This document shows positions 29,310 to 41,600 of a stretch of 64,000 nucleotides of DNA, one piece after another. The translations under genes were made by a program, and so were the position numbers. Source of the DNA: a virus; the IMG/VR virus record IMGVR_UViG_3300042197_002147, positions 1 through 64,000 of that record. One strand, written 5' to 3'. Position 1 is the first letter of the stretch, and the number at the start of each line of letters is the position of its first letter. Under the pieces are notes generated by a model. It had not been told where the DNA came from. It searched no databases and saw only the letters and a list, made by a program, of their open reading frames with translations.

Positions 29310-32300
29310 ATGTATAATAGTGTAATTAATAATAAAATTATATCTGGACCTATTGGACCAACTGGCGCTACAGGAGCAACTGGTTCTACAGGTCCAACAG
29401 GTCCAACAGGTTCTACTGGTGCAACTGGATCCGTTGGTCCTTACATCATTTCCGTAGATGCAACAACAAGTAGAGCAATATTTACACTCTCAAATGGTTT
29501 AACATTTGGTATTACTGGTTCTTTTTCGGGTAATACTGGATATGCATCTACTGAGCAAGCAACTAGCATTGGTTCCGGGACATCTATATTAGGAACAGCA
29601 ACGCCAGGTCAACTTAATATAAAAGGTATAAGTGCAATTGGATCTTTAGTTGTTACAACTACTACTAATAATCTGTCAATTGATACAATCTATAAAAGCA
29701 CTGTCGGAAATTTAGATGCTCTTGGTTTGTCTGCCGATACTTTAATGTATTTAAAAAGTCCAGAACTGGCATCTAGCACAAGAATAAAATTAGATGGAAC
29801 TGGTGATTTAGATTTTCAAAATCAATTTTACTTAAATGATTCGGCATATATTCGTGAAGTTGGTCCTGTTAAAAAAAATCAATATGTCGGCATAACAGGT
29901 GCAATTGAAAATATAACAAACGGAACAACTGGTGGAATTTATGTCGATCTTGAAAATGGTGGATTTTATTTACTAAGAACACCAATTGGAATTGCTGGTT
30001 TTACTGGAACTTTCCGAAGAAACGAAATCGTATCATCCACTTTAGTTTTTGAGTCCGATGACATCTGGAAATTCCCAGAAAATGTCTACTTCGAATCTGG
30101 TGAAAATTATTTTACATGTGGTAAAAGTATAGTAAACATTTCTACTTTCGACGGTGGAGAAAATTGGTATGCTGTTGTTTCACAACGCGGTCTAGATATC
30201 GAAAAAATAACTGCTTGTAAACCGTCAATAGGTAAAGGTTCCTGTTGCTATACAAAATATCCAGAAAATACAAAGCGTTGTTTGGAATATGTTTCCAAGG
30301 AACAATGTGACAGACTTTCCGGTGAGTTTAACTCACTGTTGTCTTGCTCACAGACATGTAATACCGGAATAGGAATATGTTGTTCCAACGGAAATTGCAT
30401 AGAGAATGTCTCCGTAGAAGAATGTGCTTTTTTTGGTGGAAATTATTATAGTGGCATAGACTGTAATACATATCCAAATAATCCAAACGGTAAAAATTAC
30501 GATGAACCCATACAAAATGGTAGACTGTGTTTTGATCCATGTCAGACAGAACAAATTGCATGTTGCAAAGACGGAGTGTGCTTAGGTAGTAATTACTCAA
30601 GAATACAATGTGAAAGTATTTTAGGAGGAAAAGCATACACTGGAGGAAATTGCTCTACAATAAATTGTTGCGAAAATAATGTAGGAGTTGGTGCTTGCTG
30701 TATATGTGCTCCTGCATATATTGACCCAAAGACATTACAATGCTTTGATGGTTTGACTAAAAAACAATGTGAACAAAAAGCAAAATCAATAAGTTCAGTC
30801 TATACTGGCGTTTTTATGGGAGAGGGAGAACAATGTGGTGATGTAAATTGCGGATGTGCTTGTGTTAATGCTCCACCTCCACCACCACCCCCTCCACCAC
30901 CCGGTCCACCGCCAGGTCCTCCGCCAGGTCCTCCGCCAGGTCCTCCGCCGGGACCACCGCCAGGTCCGCCGCCGGGGCCACCTCCCGGTCCACCACCACC
31001 ACCACCACCAGATGGTCCACCACCACCACCACCAGATGGTCCACCACCTAGCGGTCCACCACCAAGTGGCCCACCACCTAGTGGTCCACCACCAAGTGGT
31101 CCACCACCTAGTGGTCCACCAAGTGGTCCACCAAGTGGTCCACCACCAACACCACCACCAACACCACCACCGACACCACCACCAACGCCACCACCACCAA
31201 CGCCACCGAGCGGCGGCGGTTGTAAAAAGTGTAATACCACCGGATGGGGAGGACCCATTGATGGTAGCGGTAATGCACAAGATACAAGTCCGCCACCAAC
31301 TGACGGTAAAACAGATGTAGCCGATCCTGCTAATTATACAAATAATTGTTGCACAAGACATAATAATCCCTACAAAGACGATAATGGTAATTGGGGAGAT
31401 AATTGTGGTGGCGGTGTTTTGCCTCAATGGAAACAAGGTGAGCCAATTGATCCGAAAGATAAACCAGATGGTCCTTATGGAGCACAATTCCATGTTCAAC
31501 CAAATTGTGGTGGTCAGCAAGGTTGTCCTTCATTTCCTGTTTGTAGATTAGATTGTCTAAGTAAAGCACTTGAACTTGCAGCTTGTTGTAAGATGAAAAA
31601 GGCAGTAGATGATGCTGGTAGCGGCGGACGAGTTAATACCAAATCTTTCTGTGGTGGCAGTGGAATTGATTGTCCTCCGGGATCATTTACCCCACCAGAC
31701 TGCAAAAAAATGGCACAAGAAATACAAGGAGGCACTTTGGGTTGTCCTCTGGGGGATAATGTTTGTGATTGGGCAAATAAAATTAATGGAGGTGGCGGTG
31801 TTTGGCAAACAACGCAATATATCTACAAATGTCTTTGTCCACAAGTTCCTGCTAAATGTGGAATTGCATTGTGTGGAATTTATGGAGACATAAACGATGG
31901 TAGACCATGCTTAGGTAAAAATAGTCCTAACGATACTGTTCCGGGTGTTCCACCATCTTCACCACCATTTACACCGGGTCAGGGCGGTGGTAAACATGGA
32001 AAAGACTGGGAAATTGGGCCAGATGGACCACAGTGCAAGGGAGGAAATAAAAATGGAGTTGGTGGAGGTAAGGGAGGAGCCGGAGGTGGTGTAGGACATG
32101 GAAAATGTTGTGGAAATCCAGGATCAAGTTCTGTTCCTGGTCCACCACCGCCAGGTGGAGCAAACGGTGGATATTGTGTTACTGGAGGAGGTTGTGGACC
32201 TTTCTGTCAAGGTGATTCTGTTTGCACAGTAATGAAAGATCCATGTTTAGAACAATGGGTAAAGGATTGGGACGAAACGGATTCTAGCGGCGGCCACGAT

Positions 32301-32618
32301 CCCGGAGGAGGAACACAGGGAGGAACTGGTGGTAACGGAGGTCCAATATGGCATGTAACTGGATGTCCTGCTTGTGCCCCCGGTGGTATAATGCCCGGTC
32401 CTGGTGGTAAAACTATACAAACCGCAACATGTAACGGGGAATGGGGTCATGGTGGAGGAACTGGTGGCGGGGGTCCGGTTCCATTTACTGCCCCAAATCA
32501 ACCAGTAGATGTTCAAATACAATATGTTAAAATTTATAATAATGATAAAACAGAATTTGAATGTATACCAATTGTATTAGATGAGACAACAGAATACGAA
32601 CTATGTTCAGAAACATAG
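29310..32618 (+). CDS. Collagen-like, cysteine-repeat fibre protein with a polyproline linker and Gly/Cys-rich tip
   Basis: GPTGATG repeats; DLENG...WKFPENV...TFDGGENWY fibre domain; four CC repeats; about 110 aa Pro-rich run; Gly/Cys-rich C-terminal half. Confidence 0.72.
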   Translation: MYNSVINNKIISGPIGPTGATGATGSTGPTGPTGSTGATGSVGPYIISVDATTSRAIFTLSNGLTFGITGSFSGNTGYASTEQATSIGSGTSILGTATPGQLNIKGISAIGSLVVTTTTNNLSIDTIYKSTVGNLDALGLSADTLMYLKSPELASSTRIKLDGTGDLDFQNQFYLNDSAYIREVGPVKKNQYVGITGAIENITNGTTGGIYVDLENGGFYLLRTPIGIAGFTGTFRRNEIVSSTLVFESDDIWKFPENVYFESGENYFTCGKSIVNISTFDGGENWYAVVSQRGLDIEKITACKPSIGKGSCCYTKYPENTKRCLEYVSKEQCDRLSGEFNSLLSCSQTCNTGIGICCSNGNCIENVSVEECAFFGGNYYSGIDCNTYPNNPNGKNYDEPIQNGRLCFDPCQTEQIACCKDGVCLGSNYSRIQCESILGGKAYTGGNCSTINCCENNVGVGACCICAPAYIDPKTLQCFDGLTKKQCEQKAKSISSVYTGVFMGEGEQCGDVNCGCACVNAPPPPPPPPPPGPPPGPPPGPPPGPPPGPPPGPPPGPPPGPPPPPPPDGPPPPPPDGPPPSGPPPSGPPPSGPPPSGPPPSGPPSGPPSGPPPTPPPTPPPTPPPTPPPPTPPSGGGCKKCNTTGWGGPIDGSGNAQDTSPPPTDGKTDVADPANYTNNCCTRHNNPYKDDNGNWGDNCGGGVLPQWKQGEPIDPKDKPDGPYGAQFHVQPNCGGQQGCPSFPVCRLDCLSKALELAACCKMKKAVDDAGSGGRVNTKSFCGGSGIDCPPGSFTPPDCKKMAQEIQGGTLGCPLGDNVCDWANKINGGGGVWQTTQYIYKCLCPQVPAKCGIALCGIYGDINDGRPCLGKNSPNDTVPGVPPSSPPFTPGQGGGKHGKDWEIGPDGPQCKGGNKNGVGGGKGGAGGGVGHGKCCGNPGSSSVPGPPPPGGANGGYCVTGGGCGPFCQGDSVCTVMKDPCLEQWVKDWDETDSSGGHDPGGGTQGGTGGNGGPIWHVTGCPACAPGGIMPGPGGKTIQTATCNGEWGHGGGTGGGGPVPFTAPNQPVDVQIQYVKIYNNDKTEFECIPIVLDETTEYELCSET
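29345..30700 (+). repeat. Duplicated fibre N-terminal cassette, copy 1
   Basis: Colinear at offset 3322 with copy 2; long identical runs such as tttccgtagatgcaacaacaagtagagcaatatttacactctcaaatggtttaacatttggtattac. Confidence 0.92.
30871..31210 (+). repeat. Nested GC-rich tandem repeats encoding polyproline (PPPG, PPPPPDG, PPPSG, PPSG, PPPT)
   Basis: Successive arrays of 12, 21, 15 and 12 nt units built on CCA/CCG/CCT. Confidence 0.95.
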
Positions 32619-32631
32619 ATAATTTTATAAC

Positions 32632-35600
32632 ATGTATAGTAGTAGCATCAATACTTTAAAAATGATGGGTCCTGATGGCCCCACTGGTTCGGTGGGTCCA
32701 ACCGGATCTACCGGACCAACAGGACCCACTGGCGCAACTGGATCCACAGGAGCAGTTGGTCCTTACATCGTTTCCGTAGATGCAACAACAAGTAGAGCAA
32801 TATTTACACTCTCAAATGGTTTAACATTTGGTATTACAGGTTCTTTCTCCGGTAATACTGCATATTCTTCAACCGAACAAGCGACTAGCATTGGTTCTGG
32901 AACATCTATACTTGGAACAGCAACTCCAGGCCAACTTAATATAAAAGGTATAAGTGCAATTGGATCTTTGGTCGTAAGTACCACAAGTAATAATCTGTCA
33001 ATTGATACAATTTATAAAAGTGTTGTTGGAAATTTAGATGCTCTTGGTTTGTCTGCTGACACTTTAATGTATTTAAAAAGTCCAGAACTTGCAAGCAGCA
33101 CACGAATAAAATTAGACGGAACTGGTGATTTAGATTTTCAAAATCAATTTTACTTAAATGATGCCGCTTTTATAAAATATGTTGGCCCCATAAAAAAGAA
33201 TCAATATGTTGGCATAACAGGTGCAATTGAAAATATAACAAACGGAACAACTGGTGGAATTTATATTGATTTAGAAAATGGTGGGTTTTATCAATTAAAT
33301 ACACCAATCGGAATTGCTGGTTTTACTGGAACCTTTAACAAAAACGAAATTATTAGTGCAACACTAGTGTTTACTTCAGATGATATCTGGAAATTCCCAG
33401 AAAATGTCTATTTTGAATCTGGTGAAAATTATTTTACATGCGGTAAAAGTATAGTAAACATTTCTACTTTCGACGGTGGAGAAAATTGGTATGCTGTTGT
33501 TTCGCAGCGTGGTTTAGATATAGAATCATTTGCTTCTTGTAAACCATCAATAGGTAAAGGTTCCTGTTGTTATGTAAAATACCCGCAAAACACAGTAAAT
33601 TGCATAGATTATGTTTCTCGTGACGAATGTGATTTACTGGGTGGTTCTTTTAATCCACTTTTGTCTTGTTCACAGTCCTGTGGTTTGACTTTTGGTTTGT
33701 GTTGTTCCAATGGAAATTGCATAGAAAATGTTTCACCAGACGAATGTGCTTTTTTTGGTGGTGTTTTTTATTCTGCTTTAAGTTGTAATACTTATACAAA
33801 TAATCCAAATGGTAAAAATTATGATGAACCTATAGAAAATGGTAGACTTTGCTACAATCCATGCGAAACTGAAAAATTAGTTTGTTGCAAAAACGGAACA
33901 TGTTTGGGTAGTAATTACTCAAGAATACAATGTGAACTTATTCTTGGTGGAAAATCTGTAACTGGCGGAGATTGCTCTACTGTAAATTGCTGTGAAAACA
34001 ACATTGGTGTTGGTGCTTGTTGTGCTTGCAAGGCAAAAGGATTGTTGTGCTATGATAATCTAACACCACAAGAATGTTTAAGTGCAGAGTATGATGGTGT
34101 TTTCATGGGACAAAATGAATTGTGTGATAATGTAAATTGCACATGCGTTGGTGGTTCAAATGAACAGGTTGGTGAAACTTTTCCGACATTTGATTTGATT
34201 GTTGTACAAAATCCTGTAGCACCAAATCAAAGAGGTCATGTACGAATAGTTAATGTGGAAGATGCAGAAGGCGGACCATTTCAATATAAAGTAACTTTAA
34301 ATAGAATAATTGATCTTTTACCGGAAACAATTTATACTACTGAATATTTTGATATAACAAATCCTATAAACACAGATTATTTTACCGAACCATTGGAACA
34401 TCTCACTGACGAAGGAATTCCAACAATTTATGAAGTTGTTATATCGGTAAGAGATACTGATAATAATATATCAACAAAATCCAAATTTATTTCAGTAAAT
34501 GATGTAATTCCAGAAATTGTTTCAATATCTGTAGTACCAAGTTCTCCAATAATTTATGAAGAACCAGAAACATATCCAATAAATGTTGGATCCACAGTTT
34601 TAGTAACTGCAAGAGATCCTGATGGTGGATCAGTTTTCTATGAATTTAGCATAGAACCTTCAGAAAATGAAGTTTCTTTTATTGAAATGCAATCCAACAT
34701 GATTGCAGTTACTCTTGTGGTAAAGGAAACTACCAATAACAATACAACAGTAACCGTTAAATGTGTCGTAACAGACGAAGAATCTCAAAGCGTAACTGTT
34801 ATGGTTCCTATAGTTTTTCAAAAAGATGTAGCACCAGAATATGATATTGTTATAGATCCTCCCGGAGAGGGAACCGATTTACCAGATTGGGTATACAATG
34901 GTTGCTTAAATGCTTCAACTTATCCTGCTGCTGGAAGAATAGGAACAACATTAAGACCTCGTATTAAAATTCCAGCAAATCAAGGAAATATTAAATTATA
35001 TTATGGAATGGCTATGTACAGAGAAGAAGGACCTGGTCAGTACTATTGCTGCATGAATTGTCAGCAAATTGTAATGCCAAACGGGGAACAAGATATTATC
35101 TCTGGAATAAATGATATAACTATAGATTTACCTGAAGTAGCAGGAAATACAGCAGGACTTTATATTCTTAGCACCATACTACGGCAACAACCATACAATG
35201 AGTTCAATACAATATCTAGAGCAAAAGCAGTTAGAATAACAAATGAAGGTCCTCAAATAATTGAAATAACTCCTGATATTGTAATCAATATGGATCCTTC
35301 TGAACCGCAATTACAAGTTCCAACTGCTTTTATTCCAAATGGTATTTTCAAGGAAGTTCAATTTGGTGTAACTGCCGCCGATATAAACAATAATCTAGTT
35401 GGTGCATTGTTTTTTCCAAGGTTAATAGCCAATGGAAATGTATTAAGTTACAATTATACTTACACATCTGGATATGTTCGACCTGTCTCAAATGTAACAA
35501 AAATTGGCAATTATTTTACCCAAAGATGGAGATTTTTTTACGAGTCAAATTATCAAATAGATCATCAAGTTAACGATGAAGTTTTATATACTGATATTGA

Positions 35601-38600
35601 TTCTAGTAATTTGTCAATTATAAGAGTCAGTAACACTTCCCCTTCTATTTTTTCTATAACATCAAATATAGTAATACCACCAGAAACCGCATTTTCTGTA
35701 ACAGGAAGTGGTATAACAGATCCAGATCCTGCTGATGTATTACAATTTAAATGGGTTTTATCTAAATCGGATTCTTCTATTATAGAGGATACTGGTTGGC
35801 AAACACTATCTGGTTCTAGTGTGACATATACAAAATCTACTGGATTACCCGGAGCACAGACGAATCAAGTTTATTTTGTAGATCTTTTTGTAAAAGATCC
35901 AAACGAAAATGTAGCAACAAAAAGATGTACTGTAACCGTACAGAATAGTTTACCTATAATTGGTGTAACTTATGATACAGACATAAGTTCTCCTTTTGTT
36001 AAATTTATAAATGGAACTGATGCCAATCTTGGTCTTTTAGAAAAATTAATTTTAGACACCACAATTACTGCTTCTGATCCAGATGGTGGTTCTTTGACAT
36101 ACAATACAACAGTTTCTGGTGGTCCATTTTCGATAAATGGTCAAACTACTTCAAAACCAAAAATAGAACTATTGCAAAAGGGAAATTATTTAATATTCCA
36201 CACAGTAACTGATAATGAAGGTGGAACCGACTTCATTCAAAGTAATGTAGAAATTTTAGAAAATGAAAGACCTTCTATAAATTTTGATTCAACACAATCT
36301 TCTATTTTGTTTCCTTGCTCTGGTCAAAATTTAGTTGATGTAATTGCAACAGTTTCTGATACAGAAACGCCATTTTCTAATCTCACAAATGCTACAATTG
36401 TTCCGATTAGTTATCCATCAACACCACCAGAATTGATAGGTACTGTTCTAACAGACAATGGTTCAAGTGGTGACATAACAACTAGATTTAAAGTATTCAA
36501 CACAGGAACATATACATTTAAAGCATCTATAACCGAACCGGGAATAGATGACACTATTTCTCAAACAGTAGAAGCATCAACTACTATAACAGTATCTGCT
36601 GATCCTAACTTCAATCCTTCAATTCCACCCATATCCCCGATTACTGTTTCGAATCCAATTTCAAATTTCTTATTTACAATCAACGCTTTCGATGTCAACG
36701 GAATAAATCCATTATTATCCAATGTCAGACTTGAAACTGGTGCTGATCCGTATTTTAGAATTAATTCAACCACCACAACACAGCAGGGCGACAATACTAG
36801 TATACAATTTGTATTAGATATATCTGTTCTTTCCACCACTGTACCTAATGGTTTATATTCTCTTATTATAAAAATTATAGACAATTGTGGAAGATCTTTC
36901 GAACAAACATCTGGATTTGTTAATGTGCAAAATACAGCACCATCCGTAACCATAACAAACCCAACTCAGACCGTTGTTTCTTCAACACTTCCAGTAACAT
37001 TAAATTTGAGTGCAAGTGGTTATGATCCAGATGGTTCAACACTAATTTATAATTGGACATTGACTGGCCCAAGTACAACATACAATTTTTCAGCAAATAA
37101 TTCATCATCATCAAATAACACAATTTTAACTGGATTGAATAAAGGTGGCCAGCATCAAGTTTCTGTTACGGTAACAGATAGTTCTGGTTCTACATCTGTT
37201 CCGGCAGCAGTTACATTGAATGTGACGGATCCAAATCCTACAGCAAATGCAGGAAACGATTTATCAATAACATATCCAGATTTAACAACATTTCCTAAAA
37301 CTTTTTCATTAGATGGAACAGGAAGCACGGATCAATCTGGCGGTTCTATAAGTTTATATCAGTGGAGTATTATTTCCCAAAGCGGTTCTACAATTGAATT
37401 TGTTGGGTCAAATCAAATTTCTACACCAACGGTTAAGGTTAATGGTTTTGGAACATATACTTTATCTTTAGTAGTTACTGATAATAATTCAAATGTTTCC
37501 AGTCCAGATACTGTTACTTTAACTTTGTTAAGAGACATTGCACCAACAGTAAATTTGACCGCATCATCAACAAACATTACACTTCCAACAAATTCTATTA
37601 ATTTACAAATTAATACATCAACAGATGTAACTTCGGCAACAATAACAGAGGTGACTTCTTTTGGTGCTACAATAGTTTCACCCGTAAAACTAAATTCAAC
37701 AACTTGGCAAGCAACTATTAATAATTTGACAACAAATAGTAATGGTTCTTCTAGAAACTATACATTCAAGGCAACTGTAGATGATGGTGTAAATCCACCA
37801 GTTGATTCAAATCCACAAACAATAACAATAAACAATCAAATACCAACTGCCGAAATATTTATTCCATCTAGTACTTCTGGTGTTAATATGACAAGTAACT
37901 ACACATTTGGTATTACGGCATTTGCCGTTGACCCAGATGGTGGTTCTCTGGTAAATCCTGAATTTCTTATAACTACGGTTCCTCCAACATATACTGGAAG
38001 TGTTTTATTTGGTGCAATTTCCCAAAATGTAAGTACAAGCGGAACAACATATTCGGCACAATGCACGATAGCTGCACCAATAAAAATTGGAAATTATGGT
38101 TTTGCATTCATGATAACTGACAATGAAGGACAAACAGTTCAGTCTAATCCAAAAGAATTAATATTCACAAATCAAAGTCCTACAATAACAGCATCAAAAC
38201 TGGCACACATTATACCATTTCCAACAGTTACACAGTTCAATACATCTGTATATGGAATTTCGGTCACGGATCAAGATAATAATATAACATCAAGTAGATG
38301 GAGAATGAAAAGTGTTCCTTCTGGTGCAAATTCTGGATACTCCAATCCCTTATCATCGACTTCTTCATATTCTGATATTTTAATTCCATTTATTGATTCG
38401 CCGGCTCCGGTGGGTGGTACATATACTCTTGAATTACAAATTCAAGATTTGGGAGGAAGTGTAGTTAGTCAAGATTTTACTGTTAAAAGAAATCAAGCCC
38501 CAAATGTTAGTATTACAAATCCAGATCCAAACAATTCTGTAAATATAACATTACCTTCTACTCTTAATTTAACCGCAGTTGCAAATGATCCTGATGGATT

Positions 38601-41600
38601 TATTTCTAGTTATATCTGGACCGCATCTGATCCAAGCAGAGTAACTTTTAGTAATGCCTCTTCTTTAAACACAACAGCAACATTTACTCCAATTGGTTCT
38701 ACATATTCGATTTCAATTGGATTTTCAGCAACAGACAATAATGGAAGACCTACATCAGCAAGTCCAAGTTTAACAGTAAATGTTTCCCCAAATCCAGCAC
38801 CAGTAATAACATCATTTTCTGCTTCTCCAACTAATCCACTTATTTCCGGTGCTAATCAAAGTGCATCCACCACACTTACAGTAAATGCAACAGATAACGA
38901 AGGAATTACATACTTCTTTAAACAAGTACCAGAAGCAGGAACACCAACAGTAAGTATAACACAAAATCCATTACAAAATCAAGCAGTTGTTTCTGGTATG
39001 ACACTTCCATTTTCGAATAGCACAATAGCTTCTTCTAAAGTTTATAAATTTCAAGCAGAAGTCACTGACGCCTCTGGAAACAAAATAACTAGTAACACAT
39101 TAAATGTTACAGCAGAAAGCAGTCAACCAACAATATCTAATGTAAATAGTAATTTGGGTTCGATTACATTTACAGGGTCATCACAATCAATAAACATAAA
39201 TCCTACACCTGGCGCAACAGCAATAGATCCAGATGGTGGAATTTTAAATTATTTATGGACAAACCCAACTAAACCCGCCGGAGCAGGAATCGTCACAATA
39301 AATAATAGCAATACATTCACACCAACTGCAACAAACTTTACTCAGCCAGGATCTTATGGTTTTAATTTACTTGTAACAGATAACGAGGGAACACAAAATA
39401 ATCAAACAGTATCCTTAACTTTAACTAATGCAGCGGCTCCAACATTTGGTACTCTTCCTGTGAGCGGCGTAGTACAAAACCCTGTTTTAAGTGTTTCAAG
39501 AACTTGCACAATTTCAAATGCAAGTGCAACTCCATCTTCAACAAATGCCGGACCCGTTAATGTAACAGCAGGGGTTACGCAAATTTCAGGTCAAACTGCA
39601 CCAACAGTATCAGTAAGTAATGGAACGAATATACAGTCTAGTGCTACTGTCTCTATAAACATTAATACAGCAACGATGACTCCCGGTATTGATTTTACTA
39701 TTTCAGTAACGGCAACTTCTACAACAAATGCATCGCTTTCAGCAACAACAGCATTTACTATAAGAAAAAATGCATTACCTATTTTACCACCACTCTCTGG
39801 AAGCGGTGGTAATGTAAATACTAAATTAAATTTTACAATATCTGGTGTTGGATTTGCATCTGATCCCGATGTAGGTGGATCAATTACAAGATATGATTGG
39901 ACAACAAATCCTCCGACCAGTTCAATTTTTCCAAATAATAATGCTGGTGCGACATTTGTTGGTATAACATTTAATGCAACAGGAACATATACCGTTTCTT
40001 GCCGAGCTGTTGACATTTTGAGTGAAGGTACTACTGCTAATTTAACTGGTATTGCTATAGCTGCACCACCAGCAGATCCTTGTACATTAAAGAATTATGC
40101 ACGAAGTAGTGGATATTTGTATAATATTATCGTGCCAAATGAAGCAATACGAGGCGCATCAAAAGGACCAGGAGCTCCTCCAGCTCCACCCAATACATGT
40201 CCGCCGCCCCCTTCTAGTCCTATTCAAAGTTTGTTTAATTCGGGAAGTGCATTTGCTTCGAACTGGGATTATTTGGGCGCTTTTAGTGCTGGTGAGTTAG
40301 GATGGAAAATAAATCCAGCAAAACCAACGGGCGATGATAATACAGGAACAAAATATCCTTATTCTAATTTTATTTTAAGAAATGGAAATTATTTTGATCA
40401 TTCTGCTACTGCTTTTAGTTTGGATTATTTTGACAGTTGGAAATCAGCATCAACTGCACTGATTCCAGTTGCTGCCATTAGAAGAGTTACTAGACCATTT
40501 GATTTGTCTTTTGCATATTTAAGCGGTATTTATCCAAATTTACAAAATAGAACTCAATATGAAAATAGATTTATACAATTTATAAATTCAAATGAATTCG
40601 ATTTCACATCAAATGCAGAACAAGACAAAACTGTAAGACTTGGTGATGGAATTCCATTTATTTTCAAATGCTCCTGTTGGGACGCAAATGAGGAATTGTC
40701 CTATACAAATTGGTATGATTATACTTCACAAACTGGTTCACAAGAATTTAATTTAACATGTCCATCAGGAACTACAAGAAAACCAAGATCTTTGATTGTT
40801 GTTAGATTTAAACAAGCAACAGCGATGTCAGCAGTAACAAATGGTCCTTCAGGAAATGCAACAAAATGTCATAATTTTACTAATGTTGGTGGCGGCGAAG
40901 GCGCACAAGTAGTCACAACTGATATAACTGCATATTATGTTTCAAGAAATGAAGCACAATCGGCTACAACGGACACATGTAAAATAGGTGTAGGTAAATA
41001 TGCACTTATAAGATATGAAATAAATTACCCAAAAGACTCAACAGGTGATGGTTCGTTAACAAAAACAATTTGTAGCGATTCATCGACAAATGTGGGTACA
41101 TGCTCTGGTGCTAGTAATTTGTTTATTCCGGTTAGCACTCTTTCTTTCACAACTTATCAAAGTGATCCAGATATTGCAAATCAGCTTGGAAATTTTCCAA
41201 AAGTAGTTAATATTCCAGAAATTTGCACTCCGTGTACGACATCAGGTCCAGCGCAAACAGATGCGAATAGAACAGCTAAAAGAAAATACTCAGATATAAC
41301 TTGGACAACTTCTAGCATGGCATGGGCAACAACTTCAGCTCCTTTAAGTGTAACATCAAATCGTGCGTTTGTTCCACCCGAATTTATATGTGTTGCGGAT
41401 TGTGAAAATTCATCGTATTTATCTGGAGGAACATGTATAACTACCATGACCGGTCCTTGTGCAGCAGCTGCATTTACTGGAGAAGAAACACCAATAAATG
41501 ATTCAAATGGTAATGAAAATCTCATTTGGATTAAAATATATAGTAGTGAGGATCCAACACTATATGAATGTGTTCCTGTTCTATATGATTTAGAAATTTT

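Noticed and set aside
30795-31569. Trp-rich, poly-Gly/Pro and His-rich ORFs overlapping the polyproline region
   Set aside because: They are alternative-frame shadows of the CCA/CCG repeat inside the 29310..32618 gene and have no independent RBS or context
29310-32618. Eukaryotic contamination or chimeric assembly suggested by collagen, extensin-like and SET sequences
   Set aside because: These segments are in frame within phage-style genes, tightly coupled to T4-like neighbours, and the N-terminal cassette is shared with the adjacent paralogue
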